A DNA stretch of 64,000 bases, from IMG/VR virus record IMGVR_UViG_3300025141_000026. One strand, 5' to 3'. The notes beneath the pieces were generated by a model. That model did not search any database and was not told where the DNA came from. It saw only the letters and a program-made list of their open reading frames with translations. The DNA is from a virus. Shown here in pieces: positions 34,789 through 44,603 of this stretch. The position numbers and the translations under genes were made by a program. Within the stretch, counting starts at the first letter, position 1, and every line of letters starts with the position of its first letter.

Positions 34789-35183
34789 TAGCGGGGACTT
34801 CTTTTCTTCATTTCTTTGGTAAGAATATCGGCTGCTTGCTCCCATGTAGAGAATTTGACAATGCCCCTTAAATTCTTGGGGTAGATGGAAACAAATTTAT
34901 GAATGACGATCAATTTCCATGAATTGAAGACCTGTTCATCGATTTGCTTACATGTCTCGATGGTCTCTTCTGGTGTACCGGCGCTGTGCATATGTTGATA
35001 TTTCATCTCTCTCATATATGCCACATCTTCCATGATAAGAATTAATAATTTGAGAGTTTGATTCAGGGCATCCTGTGCAAAATTTATAACTTTGCCATAG
35101 CCGAAAAAAAGACTGAGTGTCATGTGTGTGAATGCCCCGGCAATGAACCATAGAAATTCGGTGGGGATTTGGGATAGATTCAT
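34788..35183 (-). CDS. membrane-anchored hypothetical protein
   Basis: N-terminal TM. Confidence 0.6.
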   Translation of the reverse strand: MNLSQIPTEFLWFIAGAFTHMTLSLFFGYGKVINFAQDALNQTLKLLILIMEDVAYMREMKYQHMHSAGTPEETIETCKQIDEQVFNSWKLIVIHKFVSIYPKNLRGIVKFSTWEQAADILTKEMKKRSPR

Positions 35184-35218
35184 AAAAAATTACTCCTTGC
35201 AAGATAAAGCTCCTACAA

Positions 35219-35247
35219 AGAGTAACGTTTTATTATTTATTTGTCAA
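35219..35247 (-). promoter_or_regulatory. sigma70-like promoter
   Basis: TTGACA-N17-TACTCT. Confidence 0.55.
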
Positions 35248-35261
35248 GGAGAACAAGTAAA

Positions 35262-35852
35262 TTATTTAGAAATCTTCTTCTTAATAATTCTCTTTGTGAC
35301 TCTTCTGGTCACTTCTGCAATGTATGCGTCGAAAGCTTCGTCTTCTTCTAGGTCGCCCATAGGAGGTTCTTCGCCGCCTTCGGCTTCCGCGCCCATTTCG
35401 ACTTCTTCTTCACCGCCTTCTTCTGGTGCGCCCATGTCCATTTCGGGCTCTTCTTCGCCGCCTTCGACCGCAACTTCAACGCCTGTCTCTTGCTCAATAG
35501 CTCCAGCGATAGCGTCAACGAGCTTCTTTACCATGGCTTCGTCTGCTCCGCCTGCACCGTCAGCAGGTTCCTCTTCCGGGGCGTCCATGCCCAATTCCAT
35601 TTCTGGTTCGGCTGCTGGTTCTTCCGCACCCATTTCAATTTCTTCCTCTTCTTCACCAAGGCGCATTTCATCGAGTTCTTTCTCGTCGTCGTCCTTAGCG
35701 ACGTCCATGCCCTCTTCTACTTCTTCTTCGTCTTCTTCGCCCTCATTGACTTCATATCTGTCAAGGTAGCTCTCAGCGAGATTGTCCATATTCGCTAGCG
35801 CCATGAAGCGTCTAATTGTTCCCTCGTTGAGTAATGTTTTCTTGTTGCTCAT
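35262..35852 (-). CDS. highly acidic probable head/scaffold-like protein
   Basis: LLNE.TIRRFM.LA leader, Glu-rich body. Confidence 0.7.
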   Translation of the reverse strand: MSNKKTLLNEGTIRRFMALANMDNLAESYLDRYEVNEGEEDEEEVEEGMDVAKDDDEKELDEMRLGEEEEEIEMGAEEPAAEPEMELGMDAPEEEPADGAGGADEAMVKKLVDAIAGAIEQETGVEVAVEGGEEEPEMDMGAPEEGGEEEVEMGAEAEGGEEPPMGDLEEDEAFDAYIAEVTRRVTKRIIKKKISK

Positions 35853-35897
35853 TTTTATGCTCTCCTAAGTTTAATAAAAAATGCGTTTGCACAATCA

Positions 35898-35905
35898 TAA
35901 ATAGT
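35898..35905 (-). promoter_or_regulatory. candidate late promoter ACTATTTA
   Basis: Intergenic. Confidence 0.5.
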
Positions 35906-35916
35906 TCTTTTATCTG

Positions 35917-36162
35917 TTAAAAGTCAATCTTGCCTGTCAATTTTTCTACAGCCTTATCCTGTATCTGTTTTACTCTGACGAAACTAACTCCCAGACGGTT
36001 GGCAGTCTCCCTTAGAGACATCTTTCCATTTTTCCTAACGGCGACTAAAGTGCAATTAAGATCATCCTCGTAGTCTAGCCACTGCCTACAGTCTTTGTTA
36101 CAACATTTCTGACCAGTTTTCATGCAGATGCTTGCACAATCAAATTCTAAATTTCTGGGCAT
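35917..36162 (-). CDS. stand-alone sigma-70 region-4-like HTH with Cys-rich N-terminus
   Basis: MSLRETANRLGVSFVRVKQIQDKAVEKL. Confidence 0.8.
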   Translation of the reverse strand: MPRNLEFDCASICMKTGQKCCNKDCRQWLDYEDDLNCTLVAVRKNGKMSLRETANRLGVSFVRVKQIQDKAVEKLTGKIDF

Positions 36163-36476
36163 TCTTCCTCCAAAATATCAAATATGTTCTCAATTTCATT
36201 TTGATCGAGTGCGAACTTTTGGATCGTTTTCTTTTTTGACGCATTCATCTTTGAGATTTTTTTCATCTTTTCCTTACTTTGCGTCCCCTTCTCTTGTTTG
36301 ACTTTCTCAATAAAACTTATAATGTTTTCATCTTGAGAAACGTAGCCAGCAACTATTTGTCTAAAGAACGCGCTTTGTGTTAAGCCATCATAATGCAGCC
36401 TGATCTTTAGCTCCGCGTGATTCTTTTCTGAATCATAGAAAACTATTTTTTTACCTGCCTCTCCGTACACACTCAT
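36147..36476 (-). CDS. hypothetical (possible RHH-like DNA-binding) protein
   Basis: LKIRL..DGLTQSAFFR. Confidence 0.55.
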   Translation of the reverse strand: MSVYGEAGKKIVFYDSEKNHAELKIRLHYDGLTQSAFFRQIVAGYVSQDENIISFIEKVKQEKGTQSKEKMKKISKMNASKKKTIQKFALDQNEIENIFDILEEECPEI

Positions 36477-37486
36477 TTGTTCCTCGATAAAATATGAGTA
36501 AAACTTTCAGCCTGACCCGCAACAGTCTGTCGGATGAACTTGGCTTTGGCTTGTAAGTCGTTGATTGTTCTAGCGCCAGAGTAAGACATCCCGCTTTGGA
36601 TGCCACCTCGCAAGTCAGCCAAGATGTTGTTAACATCGCCCTTATATGGAATAGTTGTGGAGATGCCCTCGGGTGTGGAGGTCTTGCCTCGCCAGTTTAC
36701 TTGGGCTTCGCTTGACGCCATACCACGGTAGACTTTATATTTCTTATTACCGTTGTCAAACACTTGTCCGGGTGATTGATCTGTTCCTGCTAGCATTGAA
36801 CCAAGCATAACAAAGTCGGCACCTGCGGCGAGAGCCTTGACTATATCTCCGCTGGTTTTCATGCCGCCATCAGCAATAATTGGTACAGTGCATCCCGCCT
36901 CAACACAATCGATAACTGATTGGAAGGTTGGAACACCGTGACCGCTTACAAGTCTAGTTGAGCAAATAGATCCTCCCCCTACACCAGCCCTAACAGAATC
37001 TGCACCCCAAGCCGCCAAGTCGCAGGCACCTTTGCCTGTCGCTACATTGCCAGCCATCAAATGAATTTGGGAGCCAAAGACTTTTCGCAGTTGAGCAAGG
37101 GCTGCCTTCATCATTGAGTGATGCCCGTGCGCCACATCAACACAGAGAACATTGGACCCCTCTTCCACAAGCGCCTGCGCTCGCTCCAAGTAATCACCAG
37201 TCACGCCGATGGCTCCCCCGACATTGGTCATCCCTTTTATCTTGGCTAGTTTAACTAACTTGGCTTGCTCCGATGGGCTATTGTATCGGTGGATGATACC
37301 AAGCCCTCCATGGGCATCCATAGCTAAAGACATGTCAACCTCGGTCACCGTATCCATAGGACTGGAAATAATAGGCAGATCTAACTCTACTTCGCCTAAT
37401 CTATTTTTGGTTGTTAGTGTCTTCCTGCTTTCAATATCTGAATACTGGGGGCATAACAAAACATCATCGAAACTCAAACTAGTCAT
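36473..37486 (-). CDS. guaB: IMP dehydrogenase / GMP reductase family, no CBS domains
   Basis: SSPMDTVTE, DVAHGH, GSICSTR, IADGG, YRGMAS. Confidence 0.9.
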   Translation of the reverse strand: MTSLSFDDVLLCPQYSDIESRKTLTTKNRLGEVELDLPIISSPMDTVTEVDMSLAMDAHGGLGIIHRYNSPSEQAKLVKLAKIKGMTNVGGAIGVTGDYLERAQALVEEGSNVLCVDVAHGHHSMMKAALAQLRKVFGSQIHLMAGNVATGKGACDLAAWGADSVRAGVGGGSICSTRLVSGHGVPTFQSVIDCVEAGCTVPIIADGGMKTSGDIVKALAAGADFVMLGSMLAGTDQSPGQVFDNGNKKYKVYRGMASSEAQVNWRGKTSTPEGISTTIPYKGDVNNILADLRGGIQSGMSYSGARTINDLQAKAKFIRQTVAGQAESFTHILSRNK

Positions 37487-37868
37487 TTTTCTCCTTGCTT
37501 GACCAATATTCTTTCATTCTCTTACTTCGCGAGGAAGAACCCTTCTTCTTCGTCGCTCTAATGAGTTCTGCAACTTTCAGAGCATGCTCCTGTACTACAA
37601 AAAAGTTGCCCTCTGAGTCTCCTTCTTGCTCTAAGACACACCCAGCTTCGAGCAGCTTCTTCTTAATTCCTTTGTAGGTTGCTGGAGATGGTCTTTCAAC
37701 AGTCACCCCGATGCGACCATCATCTGTGCCCGACCACCACAAGTGATCCTTGGCAAACTTTCTAACTCGTGAGGGGCTGATTGGATTGCCACAATCATCA
37801 ATAGCATAACGAATGCGATTCTCTTCACAAAACTTCTTATAAATGTTTTTACTTTTTCTCTCGGTCAC
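37479..37868 (-). CDS. hypothetical protein
   Basis: In-operon ORF. Confidence 0.6.
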   Translation of the reverse strand: MTERKSKNIYKKFCEENRIRYAIDDCGNPISPSRVRKFAKDHLWWSGTDDGRIGVTVERPSPATYKGIKKKLLEAGCVLEQEGDSEGNFFVVQEHALKVAELIRATKKKGSSSRSKRMKEYWSSKEKND

Positions 37869-38124
37869 TTAGATTCTCCTGAATGTCTTTTACCATTTCA
37901 TTTCCTCTTTGCCAGCAAGGAGGACAGTATAAGTTAACTTGCTTAGATTCACCTCTGACAATAACATACCATGATTTTACCATTTCCTTGTCGGTCTTGT
38001 CAAAAGGTTTTTCACAAACTAAGCAAGATTTACCAATCTTTCCAAAGAGAGCCACTTTAGATGCCATCTCTTTTTCGGAATTCAATTGCTTCTTTCTTCC
38101 CACCTTCTTAGAAAATTTACCCAT
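37849..38124 (-). CDS. Zn-finger protein
   Basis: CLVC...YCPPCW. Confidence 0.7.
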   Translation of the reverse strand: MGKFSKKVGRKKQLNSEKEMASKVALFGKIGKSCLVCEKPFDKTDKEMVKSWYVIVRGESKQVNLYCPPCWQRGNEMVKDIQENLSDREKK

Positions 38125-38594
38125 TAGCGGTCACCAGTTGAGCCGAAGCCCCCTTCGCCACGAGAAGAGCCATCATTGAGATCATCCCCGGTGGCTTCTT
38201 CGATATCGCAATGAACGACTGGGACTAGGACTGCTTGGGCAATCTTGTCTCCCGGTTTGATTACCTGTGTCTCCACACCAATATTGTGTAGGTTCACATA
38301 GATCTCGCCGTCATATCCGGGGTCAACAACACAGGCACCCACAACTAGTTGTCGCTTAGATGCAATGCCTGACTTGTTCTTGACCTCCAACATATAGCCT
38401 TCTGGGATCTCTGTCTTTAGTCCGGTTGAAATAAGACCACTGACTCTAGCCGGGATCCAATACTCTCCATCCTCTGCCATGCAAGGTCCCCTATCTCCGT
38501 TCGGACAATAGAATAGGTCCATCCCTGCGTCTGTCCTGTGGACTCGCACAGGTAGTTTTGCTTCTGGTCTAATTTTATAAAATTTAAGTTTCAT
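38124..38594 (-). CDS. dut: dUTPase
   Basis: AGMDL, KSG, VDPGYDGEI, RGEGGFGSTG. Confidence 0.95.
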   Translation of the reverse strand: MKLKFYKIRPEAKLPVRVHRTDAGMDLFYCPNGDRGPCMAEDGEYWIPARVSGLISTGLKTEIPEGYMLEVKNKSGIASKRQLVVGACVVDPGYDGEIYVNLHNIGVETQVIKPGDKIAQAVLVPVVHCDIEEATGDDLNDGSSRGEGGFGSTGDR

Positions 38595-38621
38595 ATCTGC
38601 TCCTATTCTAATGTGTATATT

Positions 38622-41600
38622 TTATCCTAAAAGTCTAAAGTTTCTGCTGATTGATCTAGTGCTGAACCCCCACTGCTCGTCATATTCTAATCTTCCCATG
38701 TAAGGTCGATTGACCGCAATCTTGTCTTTTTTAGAGTTGACACCCCAGCACTTGATTGAAGTCAAAGCATTATTAGAATCAATCACCTCTACTATGTAAT
38801 ACTCTTTCCCATTTTTTGTTCTCTTGATGTTGATTTTTCTGGGGATAAACCATGCGGCACCCAAGTCAACATCATATTCAGATATTGGTGGGATATGTAA
38901 TTCAGCTAATCTAGCCATGACATCATCATCCATGACAAGACTGAGCGGAAAAGCTCCTGTCAGGCTGGAAAGATGCTCGATCTTTTCATAGTTGGAGAAG
39001 TCGCCCTCATCTTTATACTTCTCAATGTTCTCTAGTAGATTTTTCTCTTTACGAGGTCGCATTACTGCAACCGAACTCCAGAAATGCTTCTCGCCACTAA
39101 ACCTGTTATCCATCAAGGGCTTTAGTGCACCAGCCCTGCACAGAACGTCAAGTGCCTTTTTGTTCAATTTAGAATAAACCATCTCCTCATTGAAGAGGAA
39201 GTCCTCTACTTTAGAAAAAGGTCGGTGTTCCAGAATCTGCTCCATCGCTGCGCCGCCTAAGCCCTTGATGGAAGTTAGTGGTTGAATAAGAACTTTGCCA
39301 TCCTCACTAATCTCCCATACCTCTCCGGACTTATTAACATCTAATGGTTCAACCTTGAAGCCAAACTGCTTTGCAATCGCAATTGCCTTCTCCTTTCTAG
39401 ACTCTGGCTCTTTGTCCAAGAATGCAGCCATCCACTCTGCTGGATAGTAGTTCAACAACCAAGCGCACTGGTATGACAGCACCGAGTAAGAAACAGCGTG
39501 TGACTTGTTGAAACCATACCCTGAGAAATACTCAAACGTTTGCCATAGCTCTTGTGCTTTTCCTTTGGTTAGACCTTTTTTGGTGCACCCAGACACGAAC
39601 TTTTTATATATCTTGTCCTTTTTCTCTTGCACCTTGCCGGTTCCTTTCTTGGTCAACAACTTGCGAAGAGCGTTCCCCTCGTCTAGAGAAAGTCCATCAC
39701 CCAGTTTATGTGCAAGTAGTGCAATCTGCTCTTGGAAAATTAGGAAGCCATAAGTCTCTTCTGTTACCTCTTTTACAATGTCGCTTGCATACTCGACCGC
39801 CTCGGGCTTTCTCATTGCTTTGACGTACATTTTGTCTACTTTTGCGCTAAGTGGTCCCGGTCGATAAATACTAGTAATAGCAGCGATGTCGATGATGCTC
39901 TTTGGTTTTGCCTTCTTGCAGAAATCCTGCGCTCCGCCCTCCGTGAATTGGAAGATGCCAGCCCATTTCCCTTTATGAAAGACACCCTTATAAACCTTCT
40001 GGTCATCTAAGTCAATTTTCTCAGGGTGCAGTTTGGTGTCGTAATAGTGTTTCACATCGTCAAAAGTGGGTTTTTCAATACCGTGGTGCCTCTTGAGAAT
40101 ATGTCTAATTGCACCCTCCATCATTCTCAGAGACGCAAGTCCTAGAATATCAAACTTAATAAATCCCATGGGCTCTAAGTGTCTGACGTTCTGCCCTTCG
40201 GACCATGGAGTCTGTACGACGCCGCCACTATTTATAAGCGGCATATACTTATCCAAATCTTCACCGATAACGACTCCCCCAGCATGACGACTAATGGATC
40301 TCGGCTGTCCAAAAATAACATCAATATGGCTAGCGATATGGGGGTATTTTGTCAGAAATGTTTTGAGTGATTCTGAATACTCCTTTAGCTCCTCAAAGGT
40401 CGGAGTGTAGACACCTGCCTTGATTCCGTGTGCTTTTTTAGCTAACGGAGTTGCCTCCTTCAACATCTTTGAGGTGACGGGGTTGACTTCTGTAAATGGT
40501 ACGCCGTAAAACTTAGAAATATCCTTCACAAGCGAACGAAGTTGTAGCGTATTGAAATTCGAGATGGGCACAACTGTGTTGCGACCCCAATCATCAATCA
40601 GCATTTCCTTTAGTTCCATTGGATCCGAAACATCATAATCGATATCAGGGTAGTCCGTCTGGTCTTTGGTCATGAACCTCTCGAACTGCAACTTGTATTT
40701 GATGGGGTCAATCTGTGTGATACCCAGAGCATATGCAACAAGAGAGCCAGCAGCAGAGCCACGACCTGATCCAACAAGCTGGCAGTCTGTGGCTTTGTCA
40801 GCGATGCTCTTCATAGTCAAAAAGTATTCGCTAAAACCTCGCTTGCTAATGACATCCATCTCCAGAGCGAGTCTACTTGAATACTTCTTGCTCATGAGTC
40901 CAAGCTTAACAAGACCACCTTCACTAAATTTGCGGAGAGCCTCTGAAGCTGATTGCTTATCGGGCACAACAAAGCCGGGGAGACGCACCTTGTTGTCTGG
41001 CATGAATCTTTCGATCCTATTGTGCGCGATATCATGTGTCCGTAAAATAGATTCCTCGATCATCTTGTCGTTATATGACGCACCAACTTTCTCAGAATAG
41101 TATTTATATGACTGCCACATTTCGTCGCCATTTTTTGGATAGAGTTCATACCCAATCTCTTCCACGCTCACAGGGAGTTCGGCGGATAAATAATCGGGGC
41201 TACTCTTGCCAAGCCAACCAAGGCGCTTATAAAGCTCTCGGTCTCGCCATGCATCTTTATTTGGGTAGTGGCTGTCGGCTGTAGATATAAGTTCAATGCC
41301 ATACTCGTGATGTAGTTGAATGATATATTGATTCAACTCATGCTGTTCTGGTACGTTGTTCCATTGTAACTCCCCGTACCATCGGTCTCCAAAGATGTCA
41401 ATCATTCGCTCCGTGGTGTTTCGCATACTTTGGATAACCGCATCTTTGCCCATGTCTCGGTTGTCCCAATAGTTACCAGCGTACACGCCCCCTAAGCATG
41501 CAGAGGCAGCAATCACCCCCTCACTGTGTTTAGACAAGAGATCGTAATCCATGCGAGGATAGCGATAGAAGTTGTCATTGACATATGAATCAGAAACCAT

Positions 41601-42023
41601 CTTAAAAATATTGCTCAGTCCAGTTTGGTTCTGAGCCAATAAGATGAGGTGATTTCTTTTGTTTATTTTACTTTTCTTACTTTTGGAAGCACCCTCATTC
41701 TCGATCACTAGACCTGATTTTGACTTCTTTTTAGAATCCTTCTCTTTTACCAATTCCTTTTTCCAGCCTTTAACTGATGGAATAAAGTAGGCTTCCACTC
41801 CAAAGATTGGCTTGAAGTCTTTCCCCTCTTCCATCATCTTCTTGGCATGGTTAACTTGATAGCTGAGTCCATTCATGTTGCCGTGGTCTGTCAAAGCCAA
41901 AGAGTCCATGCCGTTATCGAACGCACTGTCCATGTGCTCGCCGGGAAAACCTAATCCATCAAAAAAAGACCCTGCCACTGAGTGGGCGTGTAATCCTACA
42001 AATGGAATGTCACTCTTTTTCAA
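38622..42023 (-). CDS. dnaE: DNA polymerase III alpha subunit
   Basis: PHP LHAHS/TDHG, GRGSAAGSL, PDIDYD, KFDILGL, YGFNKSH. Confidence 0.97.
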   Translation of the reverse strand: MKKSDIPFVGLHAHSVAGSFFDGLGFPGEHMDSAFDNGMDSLALTDHGNMNGLSYQVNHAKKMMEEGKDFKPIFGVEAYFIPSVKGWKKELVKEKDSKKKSKSGLVIENEGASKSKKSKINKRNHLILLAQNQTGLSNIFKMVSDSYVNDNFYRYPRMDYDLLSKHSEGVIAASACLGGVYAGNYWDNRDMGKDAVIQSMRNTTERMIDIFGDRWYGELQWNNVPEQHELNQYIIQLHHEYGIELISTADSHYPNKDAWRDRELYKRLGWLGKSSPDYLSAELPVSVEEIGYELYPKNGDEMWQSYKYYSEKVGASYNDKMIEESILRTHDIAHNRIERFMPDNKVRLPGFVVPDKQSASEALRKFSEGGLVKLGLMSKKYSSRLALEMDVISKRGFSEYFLTMKSIADKATDCQLVGSGRGSAAGSLVAYALGITQIDPIKYKLQFERFMTKDQTDYPDIDYDVSDPMELKEMLIDDWGRNTVVPISNFNTLQLRSLVKDISKFYGVPFTEVNPVTSKMLKEATPLAKKAHGIKAGVYTPTFEELKEYSESLKTFLTKYPHIASHIDVIFGQPRSISRHAGGVVIGEDLDKYMPLINSGGVVQTPWSEGQNVRHLEPMGFIKFDILGLASLRMMEGAIRHILKRHHGIEKPTFDDVKHYYDTKLHPEKIDLDDQKVYKGVFHKGKWAGIFQFTEGGAQDFCKKAKPKSIIDIAAITSIYRPGPLSAKVDKMYVKAMRKPEAVEYASDIVKEVTEETYGFLIFQEQIALLAHKLGDGLSLDEGNALRKLLTKKGTGKVQEKKDKIYKKFVSGCTKKGLTKGKAQELWQTFEYFSGYGFNKSHAVSYSVLSYQCAWLLNYYPAEWMAAFLDKEPESRKEKAIAIAKQFGFKVEPLDVNKSGEVWEISEDGKVLIQPLTSIKGLGGAAMEQILEHRPFSKVEDFLFNEEMVYSKLNKKALDVLCRAGALKPLMDNRFSGEKHFWSSVAVMRPRKEKNLLENIEKYKDEGDFSNYEKIEHLSSLTGAFPLSLVMDDDVMARLAELHIPPISEYDVDLGAAWFIPRKINIKRTKNGKEYYIVEVIDSNNALTSIKCWGVNSKKDKIAVNRPYMGRLEYDEQWGFSTRSISRNFRLLG

Positions 42024-42885
42024 TATCTTCTCCTATCTTATTCCATTGCCTACTAGAAAGAATCAGCTTGTTTGGCTTTTCTAATTCCATATCCGAGGCT
42101 AAATAATCCCTTAGTCCCTGCCAAGAGCCTATGTTGTTGTACTGTGGTAGTTCAACTACTTTTGCTTCAGCTATTCTAGCAGATCTAAAAACTGTGTCAA
42201 GCTTAAAATGAACAGCGCTCCATCTTTCTTCTAGAGGCAACACAGCTTCGTCCCCAAACGTTGTGCCCTTGGGTCTATAGCCAGTGCCCTCGTCCATAAT
42301 AACTTTCTTGTATTTTTTATATTCTTCTTCGTCGAAAGTAAATCCAAGGTATTCTCCGTTGGCGACAGTCTTACCATCACTGGATAAAAAGAAAGAGTTA
42401 TCACTTGAGATGTCTAGGCGATGTTCTCTGAGTATTTCAGGATCATAGACCCCATATGGAAACGCCACGTAATATCTGCTCGGCACAACCCACTTGCTTA
42501 TTTTATTGCTAACGTGATATGAGGTCAAAGCGCCATACAGGGCACTGAAAGCTAGACAATCTCTCTTGCCAAGGTCTTTCGGATGAATAGGGACATAGTA
42601 TATTGGTATTTTTCTTCTTGATTCGGAGGGGTACTTGTTCAACCTGCCGATTGAAACAGGATCAATAACGTATTCGCCAAGTCTGGTGCGAATAAGGGGC
42701 TGCATGTCATCATTACATACAAGCCATATTGTTTCGCAACCTGCCCAAGCACATTCTAAAACGGCTCTCTCTACAGCTAGATAGTCTGGTCCAATTGGTT
42801 GCATGGAATCATGCCACGGGAAATTGAAATCTAACTTTTCCCCTGAAAGGGGGACAATGCCTGCTAAATGAAAAGGAGATCTTAT
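42010..42885 (-). CDS. sugar-phosphate nucleotidyltransferase-like protein; start uncertain (ATA?)
   Basis: LAGIVP..G...FPW...QPIG...AV.EC..AG GT-A-like N-terminus. Confidence 0.6.
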   Translation of the reverse strand: MRSPFHLAGIVPLSGEKLDFNFPWHDSMQPIGPDYLAVERAVLECAWAGCETIWLVCNDDMQPLIRTRLGEYVIDPVSIGRLNKYPSESRRKIPIYYVPIHPKDLGKRDCLAFSALYGALTSYHVSNKISKWVVPSRYYVAFPYGVYDPEILREHRLDISSDNSFFLSSDGKTVANGEYLGFTFDEEEYKKYKKVIMDEGTGYRPKGTTFGDEAVLPLEERWSAVHFKLDTVFRSARIAEAKVVELPQYNNIGSWQGLRDYLASDMELEKPNKLILSSRQWNKIGEDIEKE

Positions 42886-43319
42886 CCCCCACCTCCCATC
42901 ATTGACGCACCACCTTCGGCTCCGCCTCCCATTTGCTCCATCATTTTTTCCATCATCTTCATCATGATCATCATCATAATCATTTTCATCATCTTTTCCA
43001 TATCCATCTGACCGGATTCGCCCATTTGACCCATCTCGGACCCGCCTCCAATCTGGAGACCTTGCTCCGAACTCATGTTCTGAAAACAACTCACCTCATT
43101 TGTGATGTTGATGTTTGTTGAGTTGGAATCCCCACCTCCCGGTGTCCCTCCCATCTCAACGCCTTGATCATTGTTGTTGTTCGCTGGCGCTGCACCATCT
43201 GATGGTGTAACTTTCTGACTGGATGCTGGCGCTGCTGCTGCTGCTGCACCACCACCTCCTCCTGAACCGACTGCTCCTGCACTAGACATTCTTTTGCCCC
43301 CCTTTGAAGATGACATCAT
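42882..43319 (-). CDS. Gly/Met-rich low-complexity protein
   Basis: ATGA-coupled to upstream gene; MEKMMKMIMMMIMMKMMEKMM helix. Confidence 0.6.
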   Translation of the reverse strand: MMSSSKGGKRMSSAGAVGSGGGGGAAAAAAPASSQKVTPSDGAAPANNNNDQGVEMGGTPGGGDSNSTNINITNEVSCFQNMSSEQGLQIGGGSEMGQMGESGQMDMEKMMKMIMMMIMMKMMEKMMEQMGGGAEGGASMMGGGG

Positions 43320-44122
43320 CGCTCGCCACCTCTAGTGTAATTATGGAGCTTTGAAATATATTCATTCCTTTCGGTGTAAGTATCCCTTTTACAAAAGGAA
43401 ATGAATCCTGTGTCCTCGTATGAATCCATGTGCAGCTTCTTTATTTCGCGTCGATTCATCTCTAATTTTACATCATAGTATTTGTACTTTTCTGGATTGT
43501 TAGAGTCTCTTCCATTTCTCGGTCCTCTGATGCCTTGCGATTTCATTATCTCTTTTGCCTTGTACAAAGTCATTAGGTCTGAGTAGGAGTGGTCTTTTAT
43601 TTGTTCCTCTGTCAGATATGAGATGGCAACTAAATCTTTGTGTTCATGATCTCCGTCAATTCGAGGCGATTTATAAAAATGAATCTCACTAACAAATTCA
43701 TCTCCCGTTTCAATGAGTTCAAACTCGTGCAACATCCCCGCTCTCACATTAACCCAGTCCAGAATCTTCTTCTTGGGGTTTTTGTGCTTAGTGGTCGGAA
43801 CGGGGAGACCTTCAACATTCTCGTCATCAAAAACAAAGACTTTATCGCAAGCAAACTCAATCATCCTGCTTGATAGTGTAAAAACTTTTATTTTTTTCTC
43901 TTCTTCAATTATTCTGATTGTTGAAGTTTTGTCGGACATTGGGATCTTGCCGGTCATGGATAACAGAAATGTTATTCTGTTCCACGCCTCAAGGTCTTGT
44001 GCTTCATAAATTTCAGGTGGGTTAACTTTATTTAGAATAAGTGTGCAGTTATTTCTAGAGGCAAAAAGAACTGACTCCAAGGAAGAACCTATCACAATTT
44101 TTGGTGTGTTTATTTTCTTCAT
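43316..44122 (-). CDS. degenerate Rossmann/FAD-oxidoreductase-like protein
   Basis: IVIGSSLESVLFA resembles a degenerate GxGxxG. Confidence 0.45.
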   Translation of the reverse strand: MKKINTPKIVIGSSLESVLFASRNNCTLILNKVNPPEIYEAQDLEAWNRITFLLSMTGKIPMSDKTSTIRIIEEEKKIKVFTLSSRMIEFACDKVFVFDDENVEGLPVPTTKHKNPKKKILDWVNVRAGMLHEFELIETGDEFVSEIHFYKSPRIDGDHEHKDLVAISYLTEEQIKDHSYSDLMTLYKAKEIMKSQGIRGPRNGRDSNNPEKYKYYDVKLEMNRREIKKLHMDSYEDTGFISFCKRDTYTERNEYISKLHNYTRGGER

Positions 44123-44603
44123 TTTCTCTCTTCCTTATCTCACGCTTCAAGATTCTTTGGTATTTCAAAACCTTTTTTGCATACCTAATGCCAGTAGCGT
44201 TGCGATTTTCTCCCTTGCATCTAAAACCTGCGTTGTACCCACACAAAGCCGTTGTCTTGTTACCTCTCGCATAAGAGTGGACCCAGTAGCTCAATATCTT
44301 CGCGCCCACTGTAATGCTTGTGTTCGGGTCTTTCAACTCCTCACATGTAAGGTTGCGATCTTTGCCTCCATACTTCTTTGTATACTTGGGCAAGGCTTGT
44401 GTCAACCCACATGCATTTGCAGGACTGACCACATGCGGTTTCCAGTTGCTTTCTACAGCTATCAAAGATACAAGGAGAGTGGGGTCGATGTCGTTTTTAT
44501 CAGATTGTTCAACAACGACGTTCACATGCTTGCAAACTGTGTCCGAGTTTGGGAAAATTGAAAGTGCAGTGGCAGCAACACATATAAGGTGTGAAATATC
44601 CAT
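44055..44603 (-). CDS. SLT lytic transglycosylase
   Basis: LIAVESNW, ACGLTQ, GYNAG. Confidence 0.88.
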   Translation of the reverse strand: MDISHLICVAATALSIFPNSDTVCKHVNVVVEQSDKNDIDPTLLVSLIAVESNWKPHVVSPANACGLTQALPKYTKKYGGKDRNLTCEELKDPNTSITVGAKILSYWVHSYARGNKTTALCGYNAGFRCKGENRNATGIRYAKKVLKYQRILKREIRKRENEENKHTKNCDRFFLGVSSFCL

